DNA of 64,000 nt from a virus. Taxonomy: Duplodnaviria > Caudoviricetes. Shown piece after piece: positions 28,176-37,148 of this stretch. The position numbers and the translations under genes were made by a program. The stretch is taken from positions 64,001-128,000 of the IMG/VR virus record IMGVR_UViG_3300023053_000001. One strand, 5' to 3'. Numbering within the stretch: the stretch's first letter is position 1; every line of letters starts with the position of its first letter. The notes beneath the pieces were generated by a model that saw nothing but the letters and a program-made list of their open reading frames with translations, made no database searches and was not told where the DNA came from.

Positions 28176-28958
28176 TTACTCGCCGTCGCCCGCATCGGCA
28201 GCGGTGACTTCCACCAGCACTTCGGTGGTGATGGCACCGATGGTACCGGTGACCACCACGCCAGCGTTGGCGACCAGGCCCTTGATGCTCACGCCGCCGC
28301 TCGGCAGGCCGGTCACTTCGACATCGGCGCTGTCAGCAGTCCAGACGATGCCGTCCAGCTTGGCATCGGCCGGGACCGGGGCAGCATTGACGGTGGTGGT
28401 TTCACCCACGGCCACCGAGACGCTGTCCGGGGTGGCGGTGATGGCGGTCAGTACGGCATCTTCCGGTTCCGGTTCCGGAGCGGTGGCGGTGCCGGTCAGC
28501 ACCACTGCCAGCGTGCCGTTCCAGAACAGGCCCTTCGGGTTGGTCTGGATGGCCAGCGAACGCGGGTAGTCGCCGGTGGTCGGCAGGGCCACGTTCAGCA
28601 GGTCGTCGGCGACCAGGATGGGGAAGCCGGCCGCGGCGTTGATCTTGGCGACCAGGTCATGCGAGGAGGTTTCGCCTTCATGCGCGACCGTCAGCGAACC
28701 GAGCAGTTCGTGGGAGGCGATGTCCTTGGACTTGACGTACACCGGGTAGCTGGTATCGGTGGCCTTGACCAGCACCTTCAGCTCACGGTCCGGGTCGTCC
28801 GGGTACTGGCCGGTCGGGATGGGAGCTTCCCAGGCGATTTCGAGATCTTCCGGCTTGAAGTTGCGTGCGGTGTTGCCCAGGTTGATCAGGGCAGTGACGA
28901 TGGCCTTGCTGGTCCGGTTCAGATCGAAGTCATCCGGGACGGTCTTCTGCGTCGACAT
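28176..28958 (-). CDS. virion protein with C-terminal Ig-like (Big_2-type) domain
   Basis: GGAG RBS; LTAITATPDSVSVAVGET....VPADA....VWT Ig signature; paralog-family-like N-domain. Confidence 0.7.
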   Translation of the reverse strand: MSTQKTVPDDFDLNRTSKAIVTALINLGNTARNFKPEDLEIAWEAPIPTGQYPDDPDRELKVLVKATDTSYPVYVKSKDIASHELLGSLTVAHEGETSSHDLVAKINAAAGFPILVADDLLNVALPTTGDYPRSLAIQTNPKGLFWNGTLAVVLTGTATAPEPEPEDAVLTAITATPDSVSVAVGETTTVNAAPVPADAKLDGIVWTADSADVEVTGLPSGGVSIKGLVANAGVVVTGTIGAITTEVLVEVTAADAGDGE

Positions 28959-29047
28959 GGTTAAAGCTCCAGAGTAATTATTTGATCGCGGGATCACTGC
29001 TATGAAGCAGGCCCTCATATCCTGATGGCCATACTAGGAAATTAACG

Positions 29048-29662
29048 ATGAACACGGAAACCGATTCGGCCCCTGAGCAAAACAAGCTGGTCCCCATGCG
29101 GCTGTATCGTGATGCCCCGGCCTCGGAGCACGATCACTCCTACCGACGCGGGGACGTTTTCGTTGATCGGCTGCAACACATCCACCAGTTGCGTGGTGCA
29201 TTCATTCGCAGCCCGGAGTCCATTCGCCGACTGGCGGACATGATCATCGCCCCGCTCGTGGAGTGGGAGCGTGAGTACGGCATCTTGCCTGACCAACTGA
29301 CTTTCCGTGAGTTCACCGACGGTCAGGGGCACATGCTGGTGCGTTCGGAATACGACCATAACCTGGGCGTTTCCCATGTCGCTGTCAAGTTGGAACATCG
29401 GCGCTTTGCCGGTGAGATGGCGCGCGATCTGGAGGAGGATGAAACCCGCCCGGTCTTCAACGTCCTGCAGCCCGACGGGGGCTTCAGCCAGCGCTTGGCC
29501 AAACATTTGAGCGTCATCTTTGTGAGGGAGAACATGACGCCTCGAGCGGTCGTCTGTGACGATCGTTGTCGCACCATCATCTTCCGCTGGGAAGTGGAGG
29601 ATGAGGAGTTCCGCGTCTCCCTCAGCCTGCGCCAAGCGGTCAAGGCGCCGGTCCTGATGTGA
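29048..29662 (+). CDS. hypothetical protein (204 aa)
   Basis: AGGA RBS; long ORF. Confidence 0.7.
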   Translation: MNTETDSAPEQNKLVPMRLYRDAPASEHDHSYRRGDVFVDRLQHIHQLRGAFIRSPESIRRLADMIIAPLVEWEREYGILPDQLTFREFTDGQGHMLVRSEYDHNLGVSHVAVKLEHRRFAGEMARDLEEDETRPVFNVLQPDGGFSQRLAKHLSVIFVRENMTPRAVVCDDRCRTIIFRWEVEDEEFRVSLSLRQAVKAPVLM

Positions 29663-29740
29663 TTGGATAGGGATCTAACCCATTCTTTTTCAGACACATA
29701 ACACCGTAGTGGAATGACCGTTGTATAAGGAGAAGCGACG

Positions 29741-30118
29741 ATGCCCAACGCCATCCGCAAGTGTGGCTTGGTAGCGGTGCTGGTTATTTCACTCACCGGC
29801 TGCTGGTTGACACCGGCCGTGGAGGAGAAAGAATCCAACGCCAACCTGCTGCAGACGGCTAGGGAAGAAAGTCTGGGACCGGATGTTTGTAAGATCCAGT
29901 TCTGGGCTGCCCAAGCCATGGCCCAAGCAAACGGCCGCACCAGTGAGCAAGCCGTCTATGATCGTGCTGCATGGAATCTGGCCCAAGTCCGGGTCGCAGC
30001 GATTTTGGACAAATCCCCTGACGTACCTGAAGAACAGGCCACAGCTGAAGTAGCCAAGGCCCTCCAGGAGCTGTACAACAGTTCCGACCCACCTGTCGAA
30101 TGTAAGACCGGCAAGTGA
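29741..30118 (+). CDS. predicted lipoprotein
   Basis: AAGGAG RBS; basic N-terminus, hydrophobic stretch and LTGC lipobox. Confidence 0.7.
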   Translation: MPNAIRKCGLVAVLVISLTGCWLTPAVEEKESNANLLQTAREESLGPDVCKIQFWAAQAMAQANGRTSEQAVYDRAAWNLAQVRVAAILDKSPDVPEEQATAEVAKALQELYNSSDPPVECKTGK

Positions 30119-30119
30119 T

Positions 30120-30156
30120 GGCAGTGCCGGGTAACACCGGCACTGCTTTTATGCCC
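30120..30156 (+). terminator. hairpin followed by TTTTATGCC
   Basis: GCAGTGCCGG-GTAACA-CCGGCACTGC perfect 10-bp stem. Confidence 0.8.
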
Positions 30157-30179
30157 ACCCCTCTATCTGGACTGACCAC

Positions 30180-30635
30180 ATGAAAATCTCTGCACTGCTG
30201 ACCACCCTCCTCAATTTCCTGCGTGCGATCATCGATGATCGCATGAACGCCGTGTTCGGCCGCCACAGTCTGGTGGGCGACATCTACTTCAACGTCGCAC
30301 GCGACGAAGCCCACGGCATGTTGGAGGTGCGTCGTAACGCCGCCAGCGGCGGTCACAGCTTCATCTCCTTCCGTGTCGGCCGCCCCTATCAGGTCGACCC
30401 GCGACGGATCTCTGGGCGCGCCATACAGGCCATCATGACCCATGCCATGCTGGAGGGTTACGATCCGGTCCGACTGACCATCATGGGTAAGGAAGTCAAC
30501 ACCTACCGCAAGGTGGTGCGTATCGTGCAGCAGGACATCCGCGAGCACGAGTTCGGTCAGACGTACTTCCCCCAGCGCATCGTCTCCCCAGCCGATGCTG
30601 GCCTGTGCCTGACGCAGATTCCTGAAGCGGCATAA
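30180..30635 (+). CDS. hypothetical protein (151 aa)
   Basis: Codon bias; bounded by hairpins. Confidence 0.7.
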   Translation: MKISALLTTLLNFLRAIIDDRMNAVFGRHSLVGDIYFNVARDEAHGMLEVRRNAASGGHSFISFRVGRPYQVDPRRISGRAIQAIMTHAMLEGYDPVRLTIMGKEVNTYRKVVRIVQQDIREHEFGQTYFPQRIVSPADAGLCLTQIPEAA

Positions 30636-30643
30636 ACGCCACA

Positions 30644-30680
30644 AGCCCCCTCCCTGCCCAATCGGCAGGGAGGGGGTGTA
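30644..30680. terminator. bidirectional hairpin between convergent genes
   Basis: CCCCCTCCCTGCC-CAATC-GGCAGGGAGGGGG. Confidence 0.75.
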
Positions 30681-30701
30681 TCTTCCTTTCTTTTTTCCTT
30701 C

Positions 30702-31136
30702 CTACGTGTTATGCACCATCAACCCCATGGTGCAGTAGGAAAGAAGAACCAGCAGTTCGCCAAACACGTGAGTTCTTATCAGCTTGCTGTAGGTTGCCTG
30801 CCGTTCCAGAACACACGCCACGCAAAGCATGGCCAGCTCCAGCAACAGTCCAACCGTAATTTCAGGAATCCAAAAGGCCCAGATGATCACCACACTCGCC
30901 GCCAATTCTAACAAGCAGTGACAGAGAAGACCGAGATACCACAAACGTTGCCTTTTGGACCTGCTGCGGCTATAGCCGTAATCAACTACATGAACGAGCA
31001 AGCCGTGCTTCAGGAGGAAGAGTCCTACGAGCGCCAAGAAAGACATGTCGGAACCCTCGCAAAGGTACAACGCCAGCCACGTCAAACAGCCCGCACTCAA
31101 CAACGTGCTGTTAACTGTGACCATAAAATAGCGCAT
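30702..31136 (-). CDS. multi-pass membrane protein; true start probably downstream of 31136
   Basis: About four hydrophobic segments with KH..VH.VD and CHC polar motifs. Confidence 0.55.
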   Translation of the reverse strand: MRYFMVTVNSTLLSAGCLTWLALYLCEGSDMSFLALVGLFLLKHGLLVHVVDYGYSRSRSKRQRLWYLGLLCHCLLELAASVVIIWAFWIPEITVGLLLELAMLCVACVLERQATYSKLIRTHVFGELLVLLSYCTMGLMVHNT

Positions 31137-31180
31137 AAAACCCTACCACCCCTTCACAGGGTGGTAGGGCTCATATGCCG
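31132..31180. terminator. hairpin flanked by CATA and TATG
   Basis: CCCTACCACCC-CTTCACA-GGGTGGTAGGG; ends the helicase transcript on the - strand. Confidence 0.75.
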
Positions 31181-31182
31181 GT

Positions 31183-32712
31183 TTAGGCAAACCAAGGCGT
31201 TTCTTCACCACTGCCGATCGCACCACCACCTGGCTGACGCAAGGTGATCTCTTTCTTACCCCAGTCATCGGGGATGTCGGCGATGTCTTCGAAGGGCAGC
31301 ACGATGTAACGATCACGTTCCTTGGTGGCGGTGATCTTACGATGCTTACCGCGCTGGATGGTCAGGTAGGAGCGTCCTGCGACCTTGACGATGTGGATGA
31401 AGATCTCCAGATCCACTTCCTGATCCACCGTCGAGCAGCTGTCGTAGTAGCCCTTGCCTTCAATCTCCTTGACGAAGTCCTCCACGTTCTGTCGCACCAG
31501 TGCCTTGGCACCGGGAGACAGCTGATGGGGCGAGATGAAGAGGATACCGCGCGGTGCATGGAAGTTACGCATGCGACGCCACAGGTCACGCACCTCAAAG
31601 CCCATCGCGCCCTGCACGCAGCCCTTCTTGTTGTACATGTTGAGGTAGTCGCCTACCACGGCATGTACTTCGTAGCCTTGCGCTTCGAGCTGGTTGATGA
31701 AATCGAAGTGGCTCTGGAAGGTCGTTTCCGACGGGTCCCAGCGGGTCATGATGATCTCATAGCCGGTGGCCGTGAGCTTCTCATGGACGTACTTGGCAGC
31801 CTCGTTGAAATCGACCTCGGCCAGAATGACGCGCTCGCCGGTTTCGTTTTCCTTGATGTTGCGGTACAGCCACAGGATGTTCGACTTCAGTTCGTTCTCA
31901 GTGGAGATGTGGACCAGCACCGGTTTCTTGGTCGGGTCTTTCATGTACGGCTTGTTGTACATCGCCAACTGCTTGAAGACCGTCAGCGTGAAGCCGGTCT
32001 TGTAGTTGTGCTGCAATGCACCGACCACCACACACTCACCGCGACGCAGGCCGTCATGATCGCCCATCATGCGATTCATGCCCTGCCAACCCATCTTCAT
32101 GATGCCCTCGGTGGAGATCTCCTCCTGGGCCATGCGGATCAGTTGAGCGGTGCCCTCAATGTCGTTGAGGTTGATCTCTGCCAGCATGCCTTCCACGCGC
32201 TGACCTTCCGCGGTGGAGCCGTAGGTTTCAAACTGACCCATCAACTCACGAGAGAAGGCGCGGACATCAAAACCATCATGTGAGAAGAAAGCCTGCTGGT
32301 AATACTTCTTGATCAGCGCCTTGACGGCGACCGTATCGATATGGTTGCGCAACTCACCGCGCAACAGCAGCGTCTGCATCTTCAGATGCTCACTGGTCTC
32401 TTCAACGGTCAGTCCGTCTTCGCAGGCGAGGTAGATGTGCTCATCCTCACCCACATTGACACGTATCCTTTGAAGCAACGCACTGCGATCCAGTGCCTCC
32501 CCTGTCGGCAGATCTGCCATCCACAGGGCGGTGGCACGAAGGGAATGAATCGCTTCACGACCACGATCGAACTCACCGCCGGTGTCCGGCAGCTTGATAG
32601 TCCCCACAGCCATCTTGACCACGTCGGTCGAGCGGCCACCCGGGTCCTTCAGCTGATGCTCCTTGTAGAGCAGCGTGATAACTTTGACGAGTAGAAGTTT
32701 CGGGTCCATCAA
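31183..32712 (-). CDS. dnaB: DnaB-like replicative helicase (phiKZ-like type)
   Basis: GWQGMNRM.G...GLRRGE, variant Walker A ALQHNYKT, V.GDYL Walker B, SPHQLS, RGKHR; position upstream of and divergent from the capsid gene. Confidence 0.8.
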   Translation of the reverse strand: MMDPKLLLVKVITLLYKEHQLKDPGGRSTDVVKMAVGTIKLPDTGGEFDRGREAIHSLRATALWMADLPTGEALDRSALLQRIRVNVGEDEHIYLACEDGLTVEETSEHLKMQTLLLRGELRNHIDTVAVKALIKKYYQQAFFSHDGFDVRAFSRELMGQFETYGSTAEGQRVEGMLAEINLNDIEGTAQLIRMAQEEISTEGIMKMGWQGMNRMMGDHDGLRRGECVVVGALQHNYKTGFTLTVFKQLAMYNKPYMKDPTKKPVLVHISTENELKSNILWLYRNIKENETGERVILAEVDFNEAAKYVHEKLTATGYEIIMTRWDPSETTFQSHFDFINQLEAQGYEVHAVVGDYLNMYNKKGCVQGAMGFEVRDLWRRMRNFHAPRGILFISPHQLSPGAKALVRQNVEDFVKEIEGKGYYDSCSTVDQEVDLEIFIHIVKVAGRSYLTIQRGKHRKITATKERDRYIVLPFEDIADIPDDWGKKEITLRQPGGGAIGSGEETPWFA

Positions 32713-32736
32713 TTTCCGCCTAAAAGGGTTTACGCC

Positions 32737-33282
32737 ATGAAATACGTGTACATTCCCGAGTCGATGGTGCCTGCGCTGCGAGCGGCGGGCCTGACGCTTA
32801 CGGGGGCCGAGGATGTGAAGAAGTTGACTTCGGTCGATTTCCTCGCTGGCATACTATCGCCAGCTGACGTCGCTTTTTACTGGTACGCCAATATGTACAA
32901 CGCCACCTACATCCCGCTGCCGATCACGGCATCGCTGGAGTCGGCGGTGAAGGAAGTGTTGGACCCCACCTCCGCTGTCAACGCAACCGATGCCCGCTGG
33001 GCGGCCATCCGTGCCAAATTCCAGGACTACGTGCTCAACGAGAGCGCGCCGTTCGTGCCCTTGGAGGGCAAGCGCCTGTTCGTGTCGCTGCTGGATGAAA
33101 ACACGATCCTGCTCACTCACGTTGACGGAGCAGTTGAATCCGAGCGTGATATGTATGACCGCGTCATCCGTACGCTGCACGCGCTCATCCCTTTCGAGGC
33201 CCTCGCCAACTTCCCACTGTTCGGCGCGTACCTCACTGCAACTCAGACTGCTCTTCATGATGAGTCTGCACAAACCCCGTAA
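32737..33282 (+). CDS. hypothetical protein between helicase and capsid genes
   Basis: Clean ORF at the syntenic position expected in phiKZ-like phages. Confidence 0.7.
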   Translation: MKYVYIPESMVPALRAAGLTLTGAEDVKKLTSVDFLAGILSPADVAFYWYANMYNATYIPLPITASLESAVKEVLDPTSAVNATDARWAAIRAKFQDYVLNESAPFVPLEGKRLFVSLLDENTILLTHVDGAVESERDMYDRVIRTLHALIPFEALANFPLFGAYLTATQTALHDESAQTP

Positions 33283-33502
33283 TTAGGTATAATGATTTGG
33301 TAGATGTGATTCTACCCTTTCAGTTTTGGCGGCATGGTGGTCTCACCTGAAACCAGGACGTTCCTAGTTATATGGTTTGTGGGTAAAGTCGACTCAGCGT
33401 ATTTGGGTTCGACCTACTGCTGTGTAGAAATACTATAGCGGTCAGCGTCAATCTGGATCGCTGCCCACGGATCTTCAACACCCTTCGAAGGAAATATTTC
33501 CC

Positions 33503-35731
33503 ATGTGGAACCATCAGAACAAGCAGCGCAGCGCGCACACTGCTTTCGCGTCCAATGTCAAGTCCCTGACCGGCCAGGCCGGCTCCGCCCTGGTCAACGC
33601 CGATGACACCGCCGGCCTGCTCTCGTTCGAGTCGATGTCCGGCGAACGCCAGGAAAGCGTCAAGCAGACCCTGAGCGACGTCCAGTCCAAGATGAAGGGC
33701 TTCCTCTCCGGCATGGTCGGCGACGCCGGCCTCGGTTTCGAAGGCTTCGGCGGCAAGACCCCGGCCGAGCAGGACGCCCGTCTGGACATCGCTGCCCAGG
33801 CAGCCGCCGTGGTCGTGATGGCCGCCGGTGACGTCACCGGTTACGCCCGCAAGGCCTACACCGTCGAGCAGCACGAGAAGGGCGTCAACCGCCTGATCGG
33901 CTTCGACAGCGCCGGCACCGACCACCGCCTGGAGACCGCCTTCGAGGCGTTCGACAGCAAGGAACTGACCAACCACCTGCCGTACTCGGCCACCTTCGCA
34001 GCCTTCGGCTCGCGCCAGGACGAGTTCTGCGAAACCTTCTTCAACACCGCGGTCGTGACCCCGGACCAGGCCGGCCTGGACATCGAGATCACCATCCCGA
34101 AGGTGTTCACCAACAGCACCCACCCGACCAACGGCAACCCGACCAACTTCGACAAGAAGAACCTGATCGACGCCGTGGTGGACGCCTCCATCCTGAAGGA
34201 TCACGCCACCCGCCTGATCCCGCATGCCAACCCGGACAACAGCAACGCCGACAAGTTCGTGCCGGTGGCCAACCACGCCAGCGTGTTCGAGCGTCAGCAG
34301 GGCTTCGACATCCCGACCCGTCCGCTGAAGGCCGGCGTCGACATCGGCCTGATCGGCGTTGCCGCGTACGCCCCGATCCTGGCTGGCGGCGTGCTGTCCA
34401 ACACCGACGCCGTCGATGCTTCGATCGAGCTGGAATCGGTGTGGCTGGCCTTCGACGCCACCACCCCGGCGATCGGCTTCGACACCAGCTACATGCCGCG
34501 CAACCGCTTCACCAAGACCGTGGAAGGCAACTTCAAGGCCATGCAGCTGACCTTCAGCTCGCGTGACCTGGTCATCGATGGCACGAAGAAGAACTCGGCC
34601 AACCTGGTGCCGGCGCAGTTCCAGGCGATCATCGACAACGAGTGGAAGGTCTACCTGAAGGTCCAGGTGCACGGCGAGTTCAACGTCGAGTTCGGCTCGG
34701 TGAACCTGACCGGCTTCCCGGTCAAGGTCGACCTGATCCAGACCAAGGCTGGCGTGAGCATCGGCCTGACCGACGGCGTGGGCAAGACCCTGGTCGACGC
34801 CCTGGAAGAGCTGTACGTGGCCGGCTACACCCTGAAGGCCAACCGTACCAACTCGAACCTGCGTACCCGCGGCCACGTGGTCGACGTCACCGTCGAGCGC
34901 GAGCGTCACACCCTGCCCCTGGGTTCGCCGATCACCTTCCCGAGCCCGGTGCATGAAACCAATCGCGATGGCGACATCAAGATTGCGATCAACGCATCGC
35001 GCATCCGCAACAGCAACCTGGGCGTCACCGTCCTGCTGACCTACGCGGATACCCTGGAGAAGGTCGTCAAGGGTCCGAAGCGCGACGACGGCGTCGTGCC
35101 GGCCATCGCCGGTGCCGCCCGCTGGGTGGTGCAGCCGTGGTTCGAGCGTCGCAAGCTCGACGTCTCGGCCAGCATGACCTCCGAGAAGTCGATCGAACGT
35201 GCCGGCGACATCGCGCTGACCCTGGTCAACGCCATCCGCGACATGGCCTACCGCGCCTACCGCGACTCGCGCTACCAGGCTGCCCTGGACGCCGCGTCGC
35301 AGGGTTCGGGTGAGAAGCCGACCCTGATCATCGGTACCGACAGCATCATCGAGCGTCACCTGATGCTGGCCGGCGACGACCGTACCTTCGGTACCGTCTT
35401 CGAGAAGTTCAAGATCGTCTCCTCGCAGGACAGCCGCGTCTACGGCAAGATCTTCATCACCTTCAGCCGCGGTTCCAGCGATCCGTCCGACGTCCTGTCG
35501 TTCGGTACCCACGCCTGGATGCCGGAACTGACCGGTGCTCTGCCGATCAACCGTGCTGGCGCGACCTACCACGAAGCGATGGTGCAGCCGCGCAACCTGC
35601 ACGTGCCGAAGCTGCCGATCCTGGGCATCATCGAAGTCGCCGGTCTGTCGAAGGCGCTGGTCGAGAAGACCCCGGTCCTCATGGTCGGCCCGTCCGACAT
35701 CGTCAACCCGTGGCTGCCGGTCGTTCCGTGA
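33503..35731 (+). CDS. major capsid protein (phiKZ gp120-like)
   Basis: 742 aa, extreme C-ending codon bias, A[FS]EAFD maturation-type site, RQDEFCE.FF..VV.PD, NLRTRG; synteny. Confidence 0.85.
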   Translation: MWNHQNKQRSAHTAFASNVKSLTGQAGSALVNADDTAGLLSFESMSGERQESVKQTLSDVQSKMKGFLSGMVGDAGLGFEGFGGKTPAEQDARLDIAAQAAAVVVMAAGDVTGYARKAYTVEQHEKGVNRLIGFDSAGTDHRLETAFEAFDSKELTNHLPYSATFAAFGSRQDEFCETFFNTAVVTPDQAGLDIEITIPKVFTNSTHPTNGNPTNFDKKNLIDAVVDASILKDHATRLIPHANPDNSNADKFVPVANHASVFERQQGFDIPTRPLKAGVDIGLIGVAAYAPILAGGVLSNTDAVDASIELESVWLAFDATTPAIGFDTSYMPRNRFTKTVEGNFKAMQLTFSSRDLVIDGTKKNSANLVPAQFQAIIDNEWKVYLKVQVHGEFNVEFGSVNLTGFPVKVDLIQTKAGVSIGLTDGVGKTLVDALEELYVAGYTLKANRTNSNLRTRGHVVDVTVERERHTLPLGSPITFPSPVHETNRDGDIKIAINASRIRNSNLGVTVLLTYADTLEKVVKGPKRDDGVVPAIAGAARWVVQPWFERRKLDVSASMTSEKSIERAGDIALTLVNAIRDMAYRAYRDSRYQAALDAASQGSGEKPTLIIGTDSIIERHLMLAGDDRTFGTVFEKFKIVSSQDSRVYGKIFITFSRGSSDPSDVLSFGTHAWMPELTGALPINRAGATYHEAMVQPRNLHVPKLPILGIIEVAGLSKALVEKTPVLMVGPSDIVNPWLPVVP

Positions 35732-35794
35732 AAACGCGAACGTCTCGCCGAGGTGGTTGCTAACACCGTACTGCCGGGGCTTACGTACCCGTAA
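35732..35794 (+). other. in-frame 20-codon extension behind the capsid UGA (candidate readthrough segment)
   Basis: TGA-AAA CGC GAA CGT CTC GCC GAG GTG GTT GCT AAC ACC GTA CTG CCG GGG CTT ACG TAC CCG TAA = KRERLAEVVANTVLPGLTYP. Confidence 0.6.
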
Positions 35795-35831
35795 GGAAAG
35801 TGAAAGCACATCTCACGGATGACGTGTAACA

Positions 35832-35873
35832 AGCATAGGCCCACACCCCTCCGGGGGTGTGGGCTTTATGCCG
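35832..35873 (+). terminator. hairpin flanked by CATA and TTTATGCCG
   Basis: GGCCCACACCCC-TCC-GGGGGTGTGGGCT. Confidence 0.8.
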
Positions 35874-35944
35874 TCTATTTGAAAGGTATTTCAGACATAC
35901 ATCATCCAAGAGTAACTCCTGAAAGTGCAACAACGGTACTCACC

Positions 35945-37129
35945 ATGAATCCATCTTCTCGCGCTACTGAATTTGTCCCAAGCGCGATTGAGCTTGGTGC
36001 CAGATCAGAGAACCTGAGAATCACTCCCCAGTCGATCACCTCGATCCAGATCTTCAATGGTCTGGGTCGGCCGGTGTGTGCGGCATTCCGGACCGGAATC
36101 CGCCAGCAGATCCCCAACCTGATCACGGCCTCTCGCCAGGCCGTTCTCATCCGGTTGTCCTATTACACTCACCACGGAGTAAATGTTGACACAGCACTCC
36201 TATTGAATGACGATGGAAGCGAGGGGTCGAAAAGCAGTCAGCTGCTGCATGCTGCACAAGCCAGAAAGCTCACCGAGTACCAATCCGGTGTAGGCCATAT
36301 GGACGTTGCGCATGTGGACTACTTTGTCTCATTGGCTGATTTCCAGGCCAGCGGTTCATCGATCTACATTGATGAGCTGGACATTGTCCTCAGTCTGAAT
36401 AGCATCGACCAAACGCCTTTCCATCCTCACTCCCTCCACGGAGTGAGAGATCGACTTATGCCGTCTCCCATGGATGAGCTGGGGCAGGCTTTCAACTACA
36501 GGGTGGAAATCCACGATTGCGATGGTGTGTTCGGCGATCGGTTTGTGAATGTAGGTGGGGAAGTGTTCCCGATTAAGCGTCGGACTGACCAGCGTGGTCG
36601 GGCAGGCGTTTACGTGATCAGTTCCTACCCGTCCAACACCATCACCGGAGTCACCAGCCAGCGTGCTCGACATTACACCTTCATCGAGGCCGACGCTAAG
36701 CTCCATCTGTATCACAGTGCCCTAGAGGCGCAAACCCATGGCAATCCCAGTGACGTGTACAAGCGGGAACTGGAAACCATTGCCCATCAGAACAAGCTGG
36801 ATGAGAATCGAATGAAGGCAGAGGCCCGGCAACAGGCAGCTGACCTCGAGGATCGTAAGCGCATATGGGAACGGGAGAGGGAAGAGGCAAAGCAGGACCA
36901 GCTCCGTGAGGAGCGTAGACTGCGTGAACGCGCAGCAGAGCTGGATGCTCTAGCCAACAATTACCGCTTGCAGGAACATCAGCTCAAGGTTGATAAACTG
37001 TATCGCACGGAAATGTACGAGCAACGCTCTGACCAACGTAAGAACTGGTCTGAGTCGCTCAAGCTTTTCCCGGTGTTGCTAACTCTGGTGGCGGCCGGAA
37101 TTGCAGCATACAAGAAATTCTCTGACTAA
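35945..37129 (+). CDS. conserved-position protein with long coiled coil and C-terminal TM anchor
   Basis: E/R/Q-rich heptads, then LFPVLLTLVAAGIAAYKK; lies between the capsid and RNAP genes. Confidence 0.7.
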   Translation: MNPSSRATEFVPSAIELGARSENLRITPQSITSIQIFNGLGRPVCAAFRTGIRQQIPNLITASRQAVLIRLSYYTHHGVNVDTALLLNDDGSEGSKSSQLLHAAQARKLTEYQSGVGHMDVAHVDYFVSLADFQASGSSIYIDELDIVLSLNSIDQTPFHPHSLHGVRDRLMPSPMDELGQAFNYRVEIHDCDGVFGDRFVNVGGEVFPIKRRTDQRGRAGVYVISSYPSNTITGVTSQRARHYTFIEADAKLHLYHSALEAQTHGNPSDVYKRELETIAHQNKLDENRMKAEARQQAADLEDRKRIWEREREEAKQDQLREERRLRERAAELDALANNYRLQEHQLKVDKLYRTEMYEQRSDQRKNWSESLKLFPVLLTLVAAGIAAYKKFSD

Positions 37130-37148
37130 AGTCGGCGAGGACTTATTT

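Noticed and set aside
30918-31247. + strand 109-aa ORF (MTEKTEIPQ...) overlapping the membrane-protein gene
   Set aside because: It runs through a terminator hairpin and into the helicase; the - strand ORF has a more coherent multi-TM pattern. Not fully excluded.
33283-33502. Structured RNA in the capsid 5' region
   Set aside because: Only short hairpins (GGTAGA/TCTACC, CCTTCGAAGG); it is adequately explained as a promoter/leader (TATAAT at ~33289, ATATG at ~33371).
35729-35770. Genome-wide UGA reassignment or selenocysteine insertion at the capsid stop
   Set aside because: Many genes end in TGA directly before the next gene, no genes are fragmented, and there is no canonical bacterial SECIS geometry or Sec-type context.
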